Of a stretch of DNA of 64,000 nt, positions 47,030 through 55,216 are shown piece by piece (within the stretch, counting starts at the first letter, position 1; the number at the start of each line of letters is the position of its first letter). Below the pieces are notes generated by a model. It worked only from the letters and a program-made list of their open reading frames with translations. It ran no database searches and had not been told where the DNA came from. The DNA lies in the NCBI GenBank assembly GCA_040387195.1, contig JAZKEF010000027.1:113831-177830 (forward strand). Reading direction: 5' to 3'. The DNA is from Bacteroidota bacterium (GTDB lineage Bacteria; Bacteroidota; Bacteroidia; UKL13-3). The translations under genes were made by a program, and so were the position numbers.

Positions 47030-48526
47030 ATGAGCTTTACCAAAGGAGTTGGATTCGTTTGTGCGTTTCAACTCCTTTTTTTATGCACAGCAATTTCGCA
47101 ACCGGTCACCTTCAGCTTTACCCGCGAAAGTGTGAACGTGATGGAGCATATCAGCAACCTTAAACTAGCTAGGGCTAAAATATTACTGGCAGAAGAGAAA
47201 AGCCGGTATCCAAAAAATGCTGCGCTGGATTATCTGGGCGGATGCATTGACTATTACACACTCATTACCAATCCGGATCCTGCATTATTCAATATTCTGG
47301 AGAAGGATAAATCCGCACGCTTAAGCCGTATCCAAAAGCTGCCTGCTTCATCGCCTTATAAACTGTATGCTGAAGCAGAGTTGCATTTACATTGGAGCAT
47401 TTTAAAACTCAACAAACATGATTACCTGAGCGGTGCGCTTGAATTGAGAGAAGCTTATCAACTGCTGGAAAAAAACAATACCTTGTTTCCCGCATTTTTA
47501 CCAACCAAAAAAAGTCTGGGATTTGTAAAGGCCTTGCTTGGTACCCTTCCCGAAAACTATGCGTGGATCCTGAACATTGTAGGCCTCAAAGGCAACTATG
47601 ATGCAGGCCTCAAAATCATTCAGCAATACCTCAATCAAAAGAAGTTCCCTGAAGAACAGTTGCTGGATAAACAGCAGGCCGATTTTTATTATACCCTTTT
47701 GCATGTGTATTTTGGCAATAAACAAACTGCCTGGGAATATTGCGAACCCCTCACCCGCGATTATACCAGTAACCTCCTGAGTTGTTACCTCCGTTCCTTT
47801 ATCGCGTCCCGCACAGCTCATACGGATGAGGCCATCATGGTGTTATCCAAACGTCCAAGAGGCACCGAATATGCACCCTTTGATGAGATGGACTTTACGA
47901 TGGGTTATGCAAAACTCAACAGGCTGGATGATGATGGAGCTATTTTCCTAAAAAAATATGTAACGTTTGCACGCAACAACGGAAAGAAGAAAGATGCCTA
48001 CAGGCGCTTGGCATGGCATCACTTATTGGCGGGAGATACCTCCAAATATGTGGTGTACAAACACCTTTCCTACAAACAAAACTCGGCAAAGGATGATGAA
48101 GATAAATATGCCGACAGGGACCTTGAGGCAGGCATTTATCCCAATCAAATGCTGCTCAAAGCCCGCTTGTTGTTTGATGGCGGCTATTACGAACCGGCCG
48201 AACGCGTGATCGCTGAAGTAAAAACCGGCAAACTCCATGGCAAGTACCAGCAGGCCGAATATTATTACAGGTATGGACGCATTATGCAGGAGCAAAAAAA
48301 ATACTCCAAGGCCATCGAGTACTTTACCCAATCAATCAAGCTGGCTGAACCGTTGGAATATTATATGGCACCCTACAGTGCCTTGCAAATAGGGCATATT
48401 AATATGAAACTGGGCTTTACCCAAACGGCCAAATATTATTTTGAAAAAGCCATGGCCTATAAAAACTATGATGCCCGGAATTATATCCATCAAAAAGCTA
48501 AACTCGCCCTACAGGAAATAAAATGA
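47030..48526 (+). CDS. TPR-like repeat protein with N-terminal signal/anchor
   Basis: 498 aa. Hydrophobic N-terminus and helical repeat content (e.g. AEYYYRYGRIMQEQKKYSKAIEYFTQSIKL). Confidence 0.7.
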   Translation: MSFTKGVGFVCAFQLLFLCTAISQPVTFSFTRESVNVMEHISNLKLARAKILLAEEKSRYPKNAALDYLGGCIDYYTLITNPDPALFNILEKDKSARLSRIQKLPASSPYKLYAEAELHLHWSILKLNKHDYLSGALELREAYQLLEKNNTLFPAFLPTKKSLGFVKALLGTLPENYAWILNIVGLKGNYDAGLKIIQQYLNQKKFPEEQLLDKQQADFYYTLLHVYFGNKQTAWEYCEPLTRDYTSNLLSCYLRSFIASRTAHTDEAIMVLSKRPRGTEYAPFDEMDFTMGYAKLNRLDDDGAIFLKKYVTFARNNGKKKDAYRRLAWHHLLAGDTSKYVVYKHLSYKQNSAKDDEDKYADRDLEAGIYPNQMLLKARLLFDGGYYEPAERVIAEVKTGKLHGKYQQAEYYYRYGRIMQEQKKYSKAIEYFTQSIKLAEPLEYYMAPYSALQIGHINMKLGFTQTAKYYFEKAMAYKNYDARNYIHQKAKLALQEIK

Positions 48527-48599
48527 GATGGTTTTGATTAATGTCATATTTTTACGATACGATTAAACACAACTTTGAATCACCAAATACCAGCATCCG

Positions 48600-49370
48600 A
48601 TGATAGATTTTGAATATATAGAAGCCAACAAAGAAACGTTCCGGAATTCCTTCTTAACAGCCAAACCATTTTGTCTATTGGCCGTTGATAATTTTTGCAT
48701 CAAGGAAAAAGCAGAGGAGCTTTATAACAACATTCCGGAAATTGAAACCCAGAGTGCCGATTATGTGTTTGCCAAAAACAAGTTTGAGAAATCCAAATTC
48801 TGGACCATGGGAGGCATCTTCCAGGAACTGTATGATGATTTGACTTCAGTGCGTTTTCAGGAATGGTTGAAATATGTAACCAACGAAGATGTGTTTGTAG
48901 ATAAGGAGTTTTACGGTGGCGGAATTCACCAGGGAAAAGCAGGCAGCTTCCTGGATATGCATGCCGACTTTAACTATCATCCCTTAAAAGAAACATGGTT
49001 CCGTAACCTCAACCTGTTGCTTTATTTAAACAAGGACTGGAAAAAAGAATATGGCGGAGAGCTTCGGTTGGAGCACTCGGAAACACATGACAAAATTGAT
49101 GTGGATGTTCCGTTTAACCGATTTGTGATTATGCACAGCCGCGGATACACCTTACATGGCTACGATCCGATCCATTTCCCGGAAGGAAAATACAGAACTT
49201 CAATTGCCGCATACGCATTTACCTTACACGAAAAACAACTGGAAGACAGCCGCACAACAGTTTGGCATGTCGAAAAATCCAACCCAATTAAATATCTACT
49301 TTCCAAAATCTGGGTTCCGGCCGTGAAGCTGAAAAGTAAATTCATGAAGAGTAAGACAGCAAAAAATTAG
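48600..49370 (+). CDS. 2OG-Fe(II) oxygenase family protein (prolyl-hydroxylase-like)
   Basis: LDMHAD (HxD), a distal His in YTLHGYD and KYRTSIAAY fit the double-stranded beta-helix dioxygenase motif order. Confidence 0.85.
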   Translation: MIDFEYIEANKETFRNSFLTAKPFCLLAVDNFCIKEKAEELYNNIPEIETQSADYVFAKNKFEKSKFWTMGGIFQELYDDLTSVRFQEWLKYVTNEDVFVDKEFYGGGIHQGKAGSFLDMHADFNYHPLKETWFRNLNLLLYLNKDWKKEYGGELRLEHSETHDKIDVDVPFNRFVIMHSRGYTLHGYDPIHFPEGKYRTSIAAYAFTLHEKQLEDSRTTVWHVEKSNPIKYLLSKIWVPAVKLKSKFMKSKTAKN

Positions 49371-49826
49371 TTGATTAGTTGATTGGGTAATAAGTTAATT
49401 GTGTTAATGTGTGATTCAAGAGACGAAATATATTCACGCAGAGGCGCTACTGACATAAAAGAGAAGTCCGAAGTTTCTTTTTCGGGGTTGTTTTTGCCGA
49501 CTGCATACTTTCTTCATTGCCTACTGCCTCCATCCTATACAAAAATCCCTGCCAACTGCTAATGGCCAAGAGCCAAACGCTCCCCGGAATAATGCAACCA
49601 TTTTCGAAAATTATATAACATTATACACCCTCAGGGAAGGATATTCGTGTTGTCATATACTGATGAGAGATAAGTGTGGATATTTCTATACACATTTACG
49701 CACCGGTAATAGTAAGAGGGGATTGAGGCCTGATTATAATGGATGTGAACTTTTTGGCACAAGATTTTCACGAACAATGTAGCCCTGAATAAATAAAAGT
49801 AGGACACGCTAGTATCAACTAACATT

Positions 49827-50021
49827 ATGAATATCAAACGAATCTTTGGGGCTTTACTTTCTGTTCTTGGAATAGTTGGCCTTATTTATGCCGCTATACT
49901 GTTTGCGAATGCTGATAATGGCACTCTCAACCTTAAGCAATTTGCCACATACGGAATACTCAGTGCAGTATTTTTCACGGCAGGAATAAGCCTGATACGA
50001 ACAACTAAAGACGAATCCTGA
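49827..50021 (+). CDS. Hypothetical small two-helix membrane protein
   Basis: 64 aa with two hydrophobic helices. Its stop overlaps the ATG of a further 24-aa hydrophobic ORF (50021-50095, MSIWTLLAIAVLIVGLGYYLHKKR). Confidence 0.4.
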   Translation: MNIKRIFGALLSVLGIVGLIYAAILFANADNGTLNLKQFATYGILSAVFFTAGISLIRTTKDES

Positions 50022-50226
50022 TGAGCATCTGGACACTTTTAGCAATTGCCGTCCTCATTGTTGGCTTAGGTTATTACCTGCATAAAAAACGATGACCCCG
50101 TTCGACCTTTCCCGCTTGCAGGTATATTATGCAAGCCCTGGCAAGAATAAGTTATTGGTTATTAGAAGCAATAGCGAAATTTCAGCAAAAGCATGACAAA
50201 GTACTTGCACCACTTACTGATTTACC

Positions 50227-50234
50227 TATCTTTG
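50227..50234 (+). promoter_or_regulatory. Bacteroidota promoter upstream of tRNA-Leu (TTG-N19-TAtcTTTG)
   Basis: ttgcaccacttactgatttaccTATCTTTG. The -33 TTG and the -7 box have consensus spacing. Lies 49 nt upstream of the tRNA. Confidence 0.45.
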
Positions 50235-50282
50235 CCACCCATTTGCCAGCGGAGCAATTGAGCAATCGATTGTAACACTAAT

Positions 50283-50362
50283 GCCCGGATGGCGGAATTG
50301 GTAGACGCGCTAGTCTCAAACACTAGTGGGAAACCGTGCCGGTTCGACCCCGGCTCCGGGTA
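50283..50362 (+). tRNA. tRNA-Leu (CAA)
   Basis: Folded by hand. Acceptor GCCCGGA/TCCGGGT, anticodon stem CTAGT/ACTAG with loop CTCAAAC, long variable arm, T-arm GCCGG-TTCGACC-CCGGC. Confidence 0.9.
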
Positions 50363-50367
50363 CATTT

Positions 50368-50398
50368 AAAGCCTCAACAGAAATGTTGAGGCTTTTTT
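50368..50398 (+). terminator. Rho-independent terminator after tRNA-Leu
   Basis: Perfect 9-bp stem GCCTCAACA/TGTTGAGGC, GAAA loop, then TTTTTT. Confidence 0.8.
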
Positions 50399-50730
50399 AT
50401 TTCTTTAACCTTAAAGGATATTAAAGTACCAGCCGCGTTCCAGGCACTTAAACCTCAACCTATTTTATTCTTTGAGTTAACGGAACCAAATATTCGCAAT
50501 ATTGAGGTCAGATATTGGGGAAAACGGTGAGATTTCCCTACAAATGGCTGCCTCTCCACTATGAATATTAAAAACCCTTTGGCCTTACCTGAATCACTGC
50601 TTTTTTGATGTTCCCTTTCAAATTCGTCCTGTCCTATACATAAGAGTTGCTCCTGAATAATTCACCCGTCAGTCACCTCCGGATAGGGTTTATTTGTTTA
50701 CCGGTCTGGCAAAACCGGCAATAACATTAC

Positions 50731-51153
50731 ATGAAAAATAGCATACTGATCTTATTGGTTATTTTCTTCGCTTCCTGCAAAAAGGAGGCTCCTGAAGATA
50801 TTGTCAATATACTGCCCGCTCAGCCTGTTTATTTTACTGTGGGGGCACAGGATACGTTGCCAAAATCCATTTATCTTGAAATGTGGAGCGTTAAACAGGG
50901 GACAAGAGAAAAAGGGGAGTTGATCGCTAAGATTGACACTACGATAAGCATTCATGAAAAAGCAACAATTACCTTATGGCAGCACGTGAAGCCGGTAGTA
51001 TACTGTATTGCAACATTGAAGGTAAAAACCACAGCAACAGCAGACATCATCAGTCTTGAAATTGGTAGTAAATCTGGCATGTGTACAAAACGGTCCACAG
51101 GCTGTTACACTAACGAGTATTCAATAGAGAATCAATACGTTTCTCTTTATTAA
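50731..51153 (+). CDS. Hypothetical lipoprotein
   Basis: 140 aa. MKNSILILLVIFFASC is a lipoprotein signal. Confidence 0.6.
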   Translation: MKNSILILLVIFFASCKKEAPEDIVNILPAQPVYFTVGAQDTLPKSIYLEMWSVKQGTREKGELIAKIDTTISIHEKATITLWQHVKPVVYCIATLKVKTTATADIISLEIGSKSGMCTKRSTGCYTNEYSIENQYVSLY

Positions 51154-51248
51154 CCAAGGATATCTCAACAAGGAAAGATTTATACATTCTCTTTTGTTGT
51201 TTCCATCAGAACTTAAACATTCGGCTTTTCAGGCTAACACATACTCTT

Positions 51249-51281
51249 AAAGTCTCAACACTATTGTTGGGACTTTTATTT
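51249..51281 (+). terminator. Hairpin terminator after the 50731 lipoprotein gene
   Basis: AGTCTCAACA-CTAT-TGTTGGGACT (one G-U pair), followed by TTTTATTTT. Confidence 0.6.
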
Positions 51282-51420
51282 TATACAAAATCCTGAATGA
51301 ACACCCCCAAAAGGGTTATGAAGCCATACACATGAAAATATTTATCTGGTCATTTTAACCCCTGACATACCCTTGTCACTTGCTCATTTTAGCTTTGCTC
51401 AACAATAAATCAAAAACAAC

Positions 51421-51933
51421 ATGAGTCTGCAAAAATTAATGACCAACTATGCCGCATACAACCTATGGGCAAATCAAACAATGGTAGAATGGTTAAGAAC
51501 TAAAACATCCGGATCGCTTGAAAAAGAAGTACCTTCAAGCTTTTCCAGTATCCTTAAAACACTTAACCATATTCTGGCCACTCAGGAATTCTGGCAATCT
51601 GTTACTTCAGGGACACCTCCGGTACCGGAGCGTTATCATGCAACTGAACTGAATGAAAACGAGATCACAAACGAGCTGATCGAACAATCCGGAAGGATGT
51701 TGAACAGTATACAGCAATTCACGGAAGAGGATCTGCTGGAAAAAGTATACCTGGATACCCCTTGGGTAAAGGGAGAAATGCCACGGTATGAATTCCTCCA
51801 ACATGTATTCAACCACAGTACCTATCACAGAGGACAAGTAGTTACCATAGGAAGAAACATTGATATAACAGATGCCCCTATGACCGACTACAATTTCTTT
51901 AATATGGCATTGTCTGGAGCCAGGGCAAAATAG
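51421..51933 (+). CDS. DinB-family protein
   Basis: 170 aa. AAYNLWANQTMVEWL, LNHILATQEFW and FNHSTYHRGQV are typical of DinB/YfiT-like proteins. Confidence 0.85.
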   Translation: MSLQKLMTNYAAYNLWANQTMVEWLRTKTSGSLEKEVPSSFSSILKTLNHILATQEFWQSVTSGTPPVPERYHATELNENEITNELIEQSGRMLNSIQQFTEEDLLEKVYLDTPWVKGEMPRYEFLQHVFNHSTYHRGQVVTIGRNIDITDAPMTDYNFFNMALSGARAK

Positions 51934-51987
51934 CTGGTGTGAGATGTAGCACCCCTTTGTTAAACACTCCTCCGCTTGCGATTACTC

Positions 51988-52020
51988 AAAGGCTTCGACA
52001 AAAATGCCGGAGCCTTTTTA
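51988..52020 (+). terminator. Hairpin terminator after the DinB gene
   Basis: AAAGGCTTCG...CCGGAGCCTTT stem (one wobble pair), followed by TTTA. Confidence 0.5.
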
Positions 52021-52222
52021 GTATCTCCAGAGCTGTGTTCTTCAACATATAACTATTCTATAAGGTCTATAATGAATGCGACTTTTTTTTCCCACCCCGG
52101 ATATCATCAACTCCTTACATTAAACCAACATTCCTATCAACATTGGAGGCAGAGCCTTTGGTAAATTGTTGCACCACTTTTGCAGTAATGATTTCCATTA
52201 TCAACCTTTAATATGTAAACGT

Positions 52223-52618
52223 ATGAAATCAGATCCTGTAGTACATTTTGAAATGCCTTACAAAAACCCTCAGCGTGTAATGGATTTTTATTCCAAAGCT
52301 TTTGGATGGCAGATGAACCAGTTGGGTAGTGATATGGACAATTATGTGTTGGCCGGAACAACGGAGGTGGATGGCGATATGATGATTAAAACACCGGGAA
52401 ACATTAATGGTGGTTTTTACAAACCCGACGATACAAATCCTGCTATTCCATCAGTTGTGGTATCTGTAGAAAACCTGAAAGACTCGATTCAAAAAGTAAT
52501 GGATGCCGGAGGAAAAACATTAGGCGAACCCGTAGAAATTTCGGGCATCGGGCAGTATATATCGTTTATCGATACGGAAGGTAACCGTGTGGGGATGTTA
52601 CAACCACCCAAGCGCTGA
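52223..52618 (+). CDS. VOC (glyoxalase/bleomycin-resistance/dioxygenase) family protein
   Basis: MKSDPVVHFEMPYKNPQRVMDFYSKAFGW...DTEGNRVGMLQP. The ATG at 52223 fits the family; the listed ORF start is an upstream TTG. Confidence 0.88.
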   Translation: MKSDPVVHFEMPYKNPQRVMDFYSKAFGWQMNQLGSDMDNYVLAGTTEVDGDMMIKTPGNINGGFYKPDDTNPAIPSVVVSVENLKDSIQKVMDAGGKTLGEPVEISGIGQYISFIDTEGNRVGMLQPPKR

Positions 52619-52652
52619 ACTGGCATTTCCTCACTTACCGGTACTTAAAACA

Positions 52653-52687
52653 AAAAGCTTCAGCAGTGCTGAAGCTTTCTGTTTTTA
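52653..52687. terminator. Bidirectional terminator between the two convergent VOC genes
   Basis: Perfect 11-bp stem AAAGCTTCAGC/GCTGAAGCTTT, 3-nt loop, T-rich tail. Confidence 0.7.
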
Positions 52688-52713
52688 ACATACGTTCGTG
52701 GGCTCAACAATAT

Positions 52714-53154
52714 TTAGGCCTTCTGCCCCTGCTCATTGTAACTGAACATCCAGTTGATGCCGAATTTGTCTTCGCACATGCCAAAGTAATCGCCCCAGAA
52801 TGTTTCATTCATGGGCATATTGGTTTTACCTCCTGCAGAAAGTGCTGCATATAATTTATCGGTTGCTTCGCGGCTCTCGGGGCATAATGAAATAGAGAAG
52901 TTGTTTCCCTGATTAAAGCCCGGTGCCCACTCGCCTCCGGTATCGCTACCCATGAGTGCACTTCCTTCACCCAATGGCAGTGAGATATGCATGATCCTGT
53001 TGGCATCAGCTTCAGGCATTGGAGGGACACCTTCCTGCGGAGGCATTTCACTGAACCGTCCAACATATGAGAACTCTCCTCCGAAAACAGATTTGTAGAA
53101 CGTAAAGGCCTCTTCACAGTTGCCGTTAAAGTTGAGATAAATGTTTGCTATCAT
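52714..53154 (-). CDS. VOC-family protein, PhnB-like (3-demethylubiquinone-9 methyltransferase-domain type)
   Basis: YLNFNGNCEEAFTFYKSVFGG...MHISLPLG...DKFGINWM is the characteristic PhnB-like pattern. Confidence 0.88.
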   Translation of the reverse strand: MIANIYLNFNGNCEEAFTFYKSVFGGEFSYVGRFSEMPPQEGVPPMPEADANRIMHISLPLGEGSALMGSDTGGEWAPGFNQGNNFSISLCPESREATDKLYAALSAGGKTNMPMNETFWGDYFGMCEDKFGINWMFSYNEQGQKA

Positions 53155-53319
53155 AATTTTGTGTGCTTAAAATCCAAAGTTAATCAACTTCATATTACCT
53201 TACAATTAGTATAGATTAAGTTGTAATATCAGTTATTAAAGACTAAACCACAAATGAATTAAACTCGTTATTAGTGTTCTACCTTTAAAAATCAACCCTT
53301 TAGTTTTGCTTTGCTCAAC

Positions 53320-53538
53320 CTAATTCCAATTCATATCATCCACATTGCTGTCAATATTTATATGAAGATTGTTGATGAGTTTATTTGTGAACTCGCGGTA
53401 TTTGTTATTAGCTAATTGCCATTCAAATTTAGCTTTCTCATAATCGACATGGGCAGGATTATTCCATAAAACCACAAATATTTCCCATTTAGCCTTAAGG
53501 TCCTCCTGTAATTCGTTAACATATTCTTCAACTGTCAT
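53320..53538 (-). CDS. Hypothetical small soluble protein
   Basis: 72-aa ORF in an AT-rich stretch. No recognisable family. Confidence 0.4.
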   Translation of the reverse strand: MTVEEYVNELQEDLKAKWEIFVVLWNNPAHVDYEKAKFEWQLANNKYREFTNKLINNLHINIDSNVDDMNWN

Positions 53539-53776
53539 ATCACAAATATATTAAAAAGTTTAATATACATTAAATTCAGCCGTCCAATCTATAAACTTAT
53601 GATTATCTGTGTCATATAATTCCACCCTTGCAAGCAGAAGGCATTTAAAGACCCAATTCGGTGTAACATTAAAACAAAAAGATACAAACAACCAATGACC
53701 ATTTTTCCACACTCTCCTCATAACCAATTGTTTTACCATTCCTTTTTATAACTTGAGGTATCATTCACTTAATAAA

Positions 53777-53784
53777 AAGGAGGT
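53777..53784 (+). promoter_or_regulatory. Strong Shine-Dalgarno sequence AAGGAGGT
   Basis: Perfect anti-SD complement ending 5 nt before the ATG at 53790. I saw no comparable SD upstream of other genes in this window. Confidence 0.5.
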
Positions 53785-53789
53785 AAACA

Positions 53790-54230
53790 ATGGAAAACAT
53801 TCACATTAACATGGTGGCGTTGGTTATTGCAGTTGTAGCGAATTTTGTTTTAGGGTTTTTATGGTACACCCCTCTCTTCGGGAAAGCATGGGGTAAGGAG
53901 ATGGGATACAACATGGATGAAAAACCGCCCGGGTCGGAACTGGCCAAAGGGATGATCTTTATGATCATCGGGAATTTTTTCATGGCATGGGTTTTTGCCC
54001 ATAACATTGCGGTATGGGATCCAACAACATGGGGACATGCACCTTCTCCGATGTCGCCTGCAGGCAATGCCTTAGCAGCCGCTATCTTTACCTGGTTAGG
54101 CTTTTACTTTCCGGGTGCTTTAGGCTCTACCGTATGGGAAAGGAAATCCTGGAAGTTATTCTTCATCAATACCGGTTACCACTTTGCTTCTCTTCTTTTA
54201 GTAGCTATTATTTTTACCCATATGAAATAA
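53790..54230 (+). CDS. DUF1761-family membrane protein
   Basis: 146 aa. VALVIAVVANFVLGFLWYTPLFGKAWGKEMG is the DUF1761 signature. Four hydrophobic helices. Confidence 0.8.
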   Translation: MENIHINMVALVIAVVANFVLGFLWYTPLFGKAWGKEMGYNMDEKPPGSELAKGMIFMIIGNFFMAWVFAHNIAVWDPTTWGHAPSPMSPAGNALAAAIFTWLGFYFPGALGSTVWERKSWKLFFINTGYHFASLLLVAIIFTHMK

Positions 54231-54305
54231 ACGGGATTGCTTTTTGGGTAAATTTTCCCCATCCTTCATTTCCAAGGTAAAGAGTCGTCTCATTTACTAC
54301 CAAAA

Positions 54306-54346
54306 ACAAACGCTTATAAATAACTCATTTATAAGCGTTTTGTTTT
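54306..54346 (+). terminator. Rho-independent terminator after the DUF1761 gene
   Basis: Perfect 13-bp stem AAACGCTTATAAA/TTTATAAGCGTTT, 7-nt loop, then TGTTTT. Confidence 0.7.
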
Positions 54347-54601
54347 AAATATAGCTTTTTTAAGTATTTTTGGGGGATTAACAAAATCTATGGCATAGAA
54401 TTCTCCGTAGGTAGATTATGAAAACTCACAAAAAGCTCAGTTCCCTGCAACCTGATGTTGCCGTTCAATTGGCGAATTACCTCTCGAATATCCTCATTGC
54501 CGATGAACGGGACTGGAAAAAAATCCGAAAGGTAAGCCGGCTGATCACAAAAAAAACAGCCCGTTAGAGCTGCTTTCGTAATCAATATTATTTAGCATAG
54601 T

Positions 54602-55021
54602 TTAACAAAACTCGTCAAATGCCGCTTGCAGGTTGGCTGCAATCATTTCTGCACTGCGTCCTTCAATCATGTGGCGTTCGATGAAATGAACCAATTCCCC
54701 GTTCTTGTACAAGGCGATGCTTGGTGATGATGGTGGGTATGGAGCGGTAAATTCACGAGCTTTCGCTACCGCATCCGTTTCCTGTCCGGCAAAAACAGTC
54801 AGCAAGGTGTCAGGTTTTTTAACCGATTCTTTCACCGCTTTCATTACACCAGGACGTGCAGTACCTGCTGCACAGCCACATACAGAGTTAAAAACCAATA
54901 ATTTAGTTCCGCTTTTATCTGTTAAAGCACCTTCAACATCTGATGGTGTCATCAACGAAGTAAAGCCTACTTCTTCTAATTGCGCTCTCATTGGAGCTAC
55001 TAACATTTCCGGATATGGCAT
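54602..55021 (-). CDS. BrxA/BrxB-family bacilliredoxin (YphP/YqiW, DUF1094)
   Basis: 139 aa. Redox motif VCGCAAG embedded in a thioredoxin-like fold pattern (LLVFNSVCGCAAGTARP). Confidence 0.88.
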   Translation of the reverse strand: MPYPEMLVAPMRAQLEEVGFTSLMTPSDVEGALTDKSGTKLLVFNSVCGCAAGTARPGVMKAVKESVKKPDTLLTVFAGQETDAVAKAREFTAPYPPSSPSIALYKNGELVHFIERHMIEGRSAEMIAANLQAAFDEFC

Positions 55022-55033
55022 ACGATATTTGTA

Positions 55034-55075
55034 ATTTATGAGTTATGAATTGAGATTTATGAATAGTCAATGATT
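55034..55075. repeat. Short-period intergenic repeat, TTATGARTT family
   Basis: atttatgagttatgaattgagatttatgaatagtcaatgatt lies directly upstream of the bacilliredoxin start codon. Confidence 0.5.
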
Positions 55076-55171
55076 AAGCCACGGCCGAATCACTGAATTA
55101 TTGTCAGTAAAACAAAACCTTACCAGATATTGTTTAAAAGTAAAATATTTTCACAAGTGCAACATAAACAA

Positions 55172-55179
55172 TATATTTG
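55172..55179 (+). promoter_or_regulatory. Bacteroidota -7 promoter box (TAtaTTTG) upstream of ahcY
   Basis: Matches TAnnTTTG, 38 nt upstream of the ahcY ATG. Confidence 0.4.
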
Positions 55180-55216
55180 CCATCCTTTTCAACACAAACA
55201 ATTCGTTTAAATATAT

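Noticed and set aside
49631-49837. 68-aa minus-strand ORF in the spacer before the small membrane ORFs
   Set aside because: Tyr/Ile/Phe-rich translation of AT-rich DNA with no signals. It overlaps the start of the more plausible plus-strand small membrane ORF.
51392-51403. 12-mer GCTTTGCTCAAC shared with 53308-53319
   Set aside because: On the order of a hundred identical 12-mer pairs are expected by chance in 64 kb, and the flanks do not extend the match.
54388-54585. 65-aa minus-strand ORF and a mutually antisense 49-aa plus-strand ORF (54418-54567, MKTHKKLSSLQPDVAVQLANYLSNIL...)
   Set aside because: The two overlap each other, and neither has a convincing family match. The plus-strand peptide faintly recalls a Dps N-terminus, but that is too weak to call a gene or pseudogene.
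50363-54601. Integrated mobile element at tRNA-Leu
   Set aside because: No integrase, excisionase, transposase or phage/conjugation genes are present, and no direct repeat of the tRNA 3' end was found by eye. Kept only as a low-confidence accessory-block observation.
55022-55216. Possible SAH riboswitch upstream of ahcY
   Set aside because: The leader from the predicted promoter to the ATG is only ~35 nt. I see no pseudoknot-forming conserved SAH-element sequence. The region is AT-rich short-period repeat plus a promoter.
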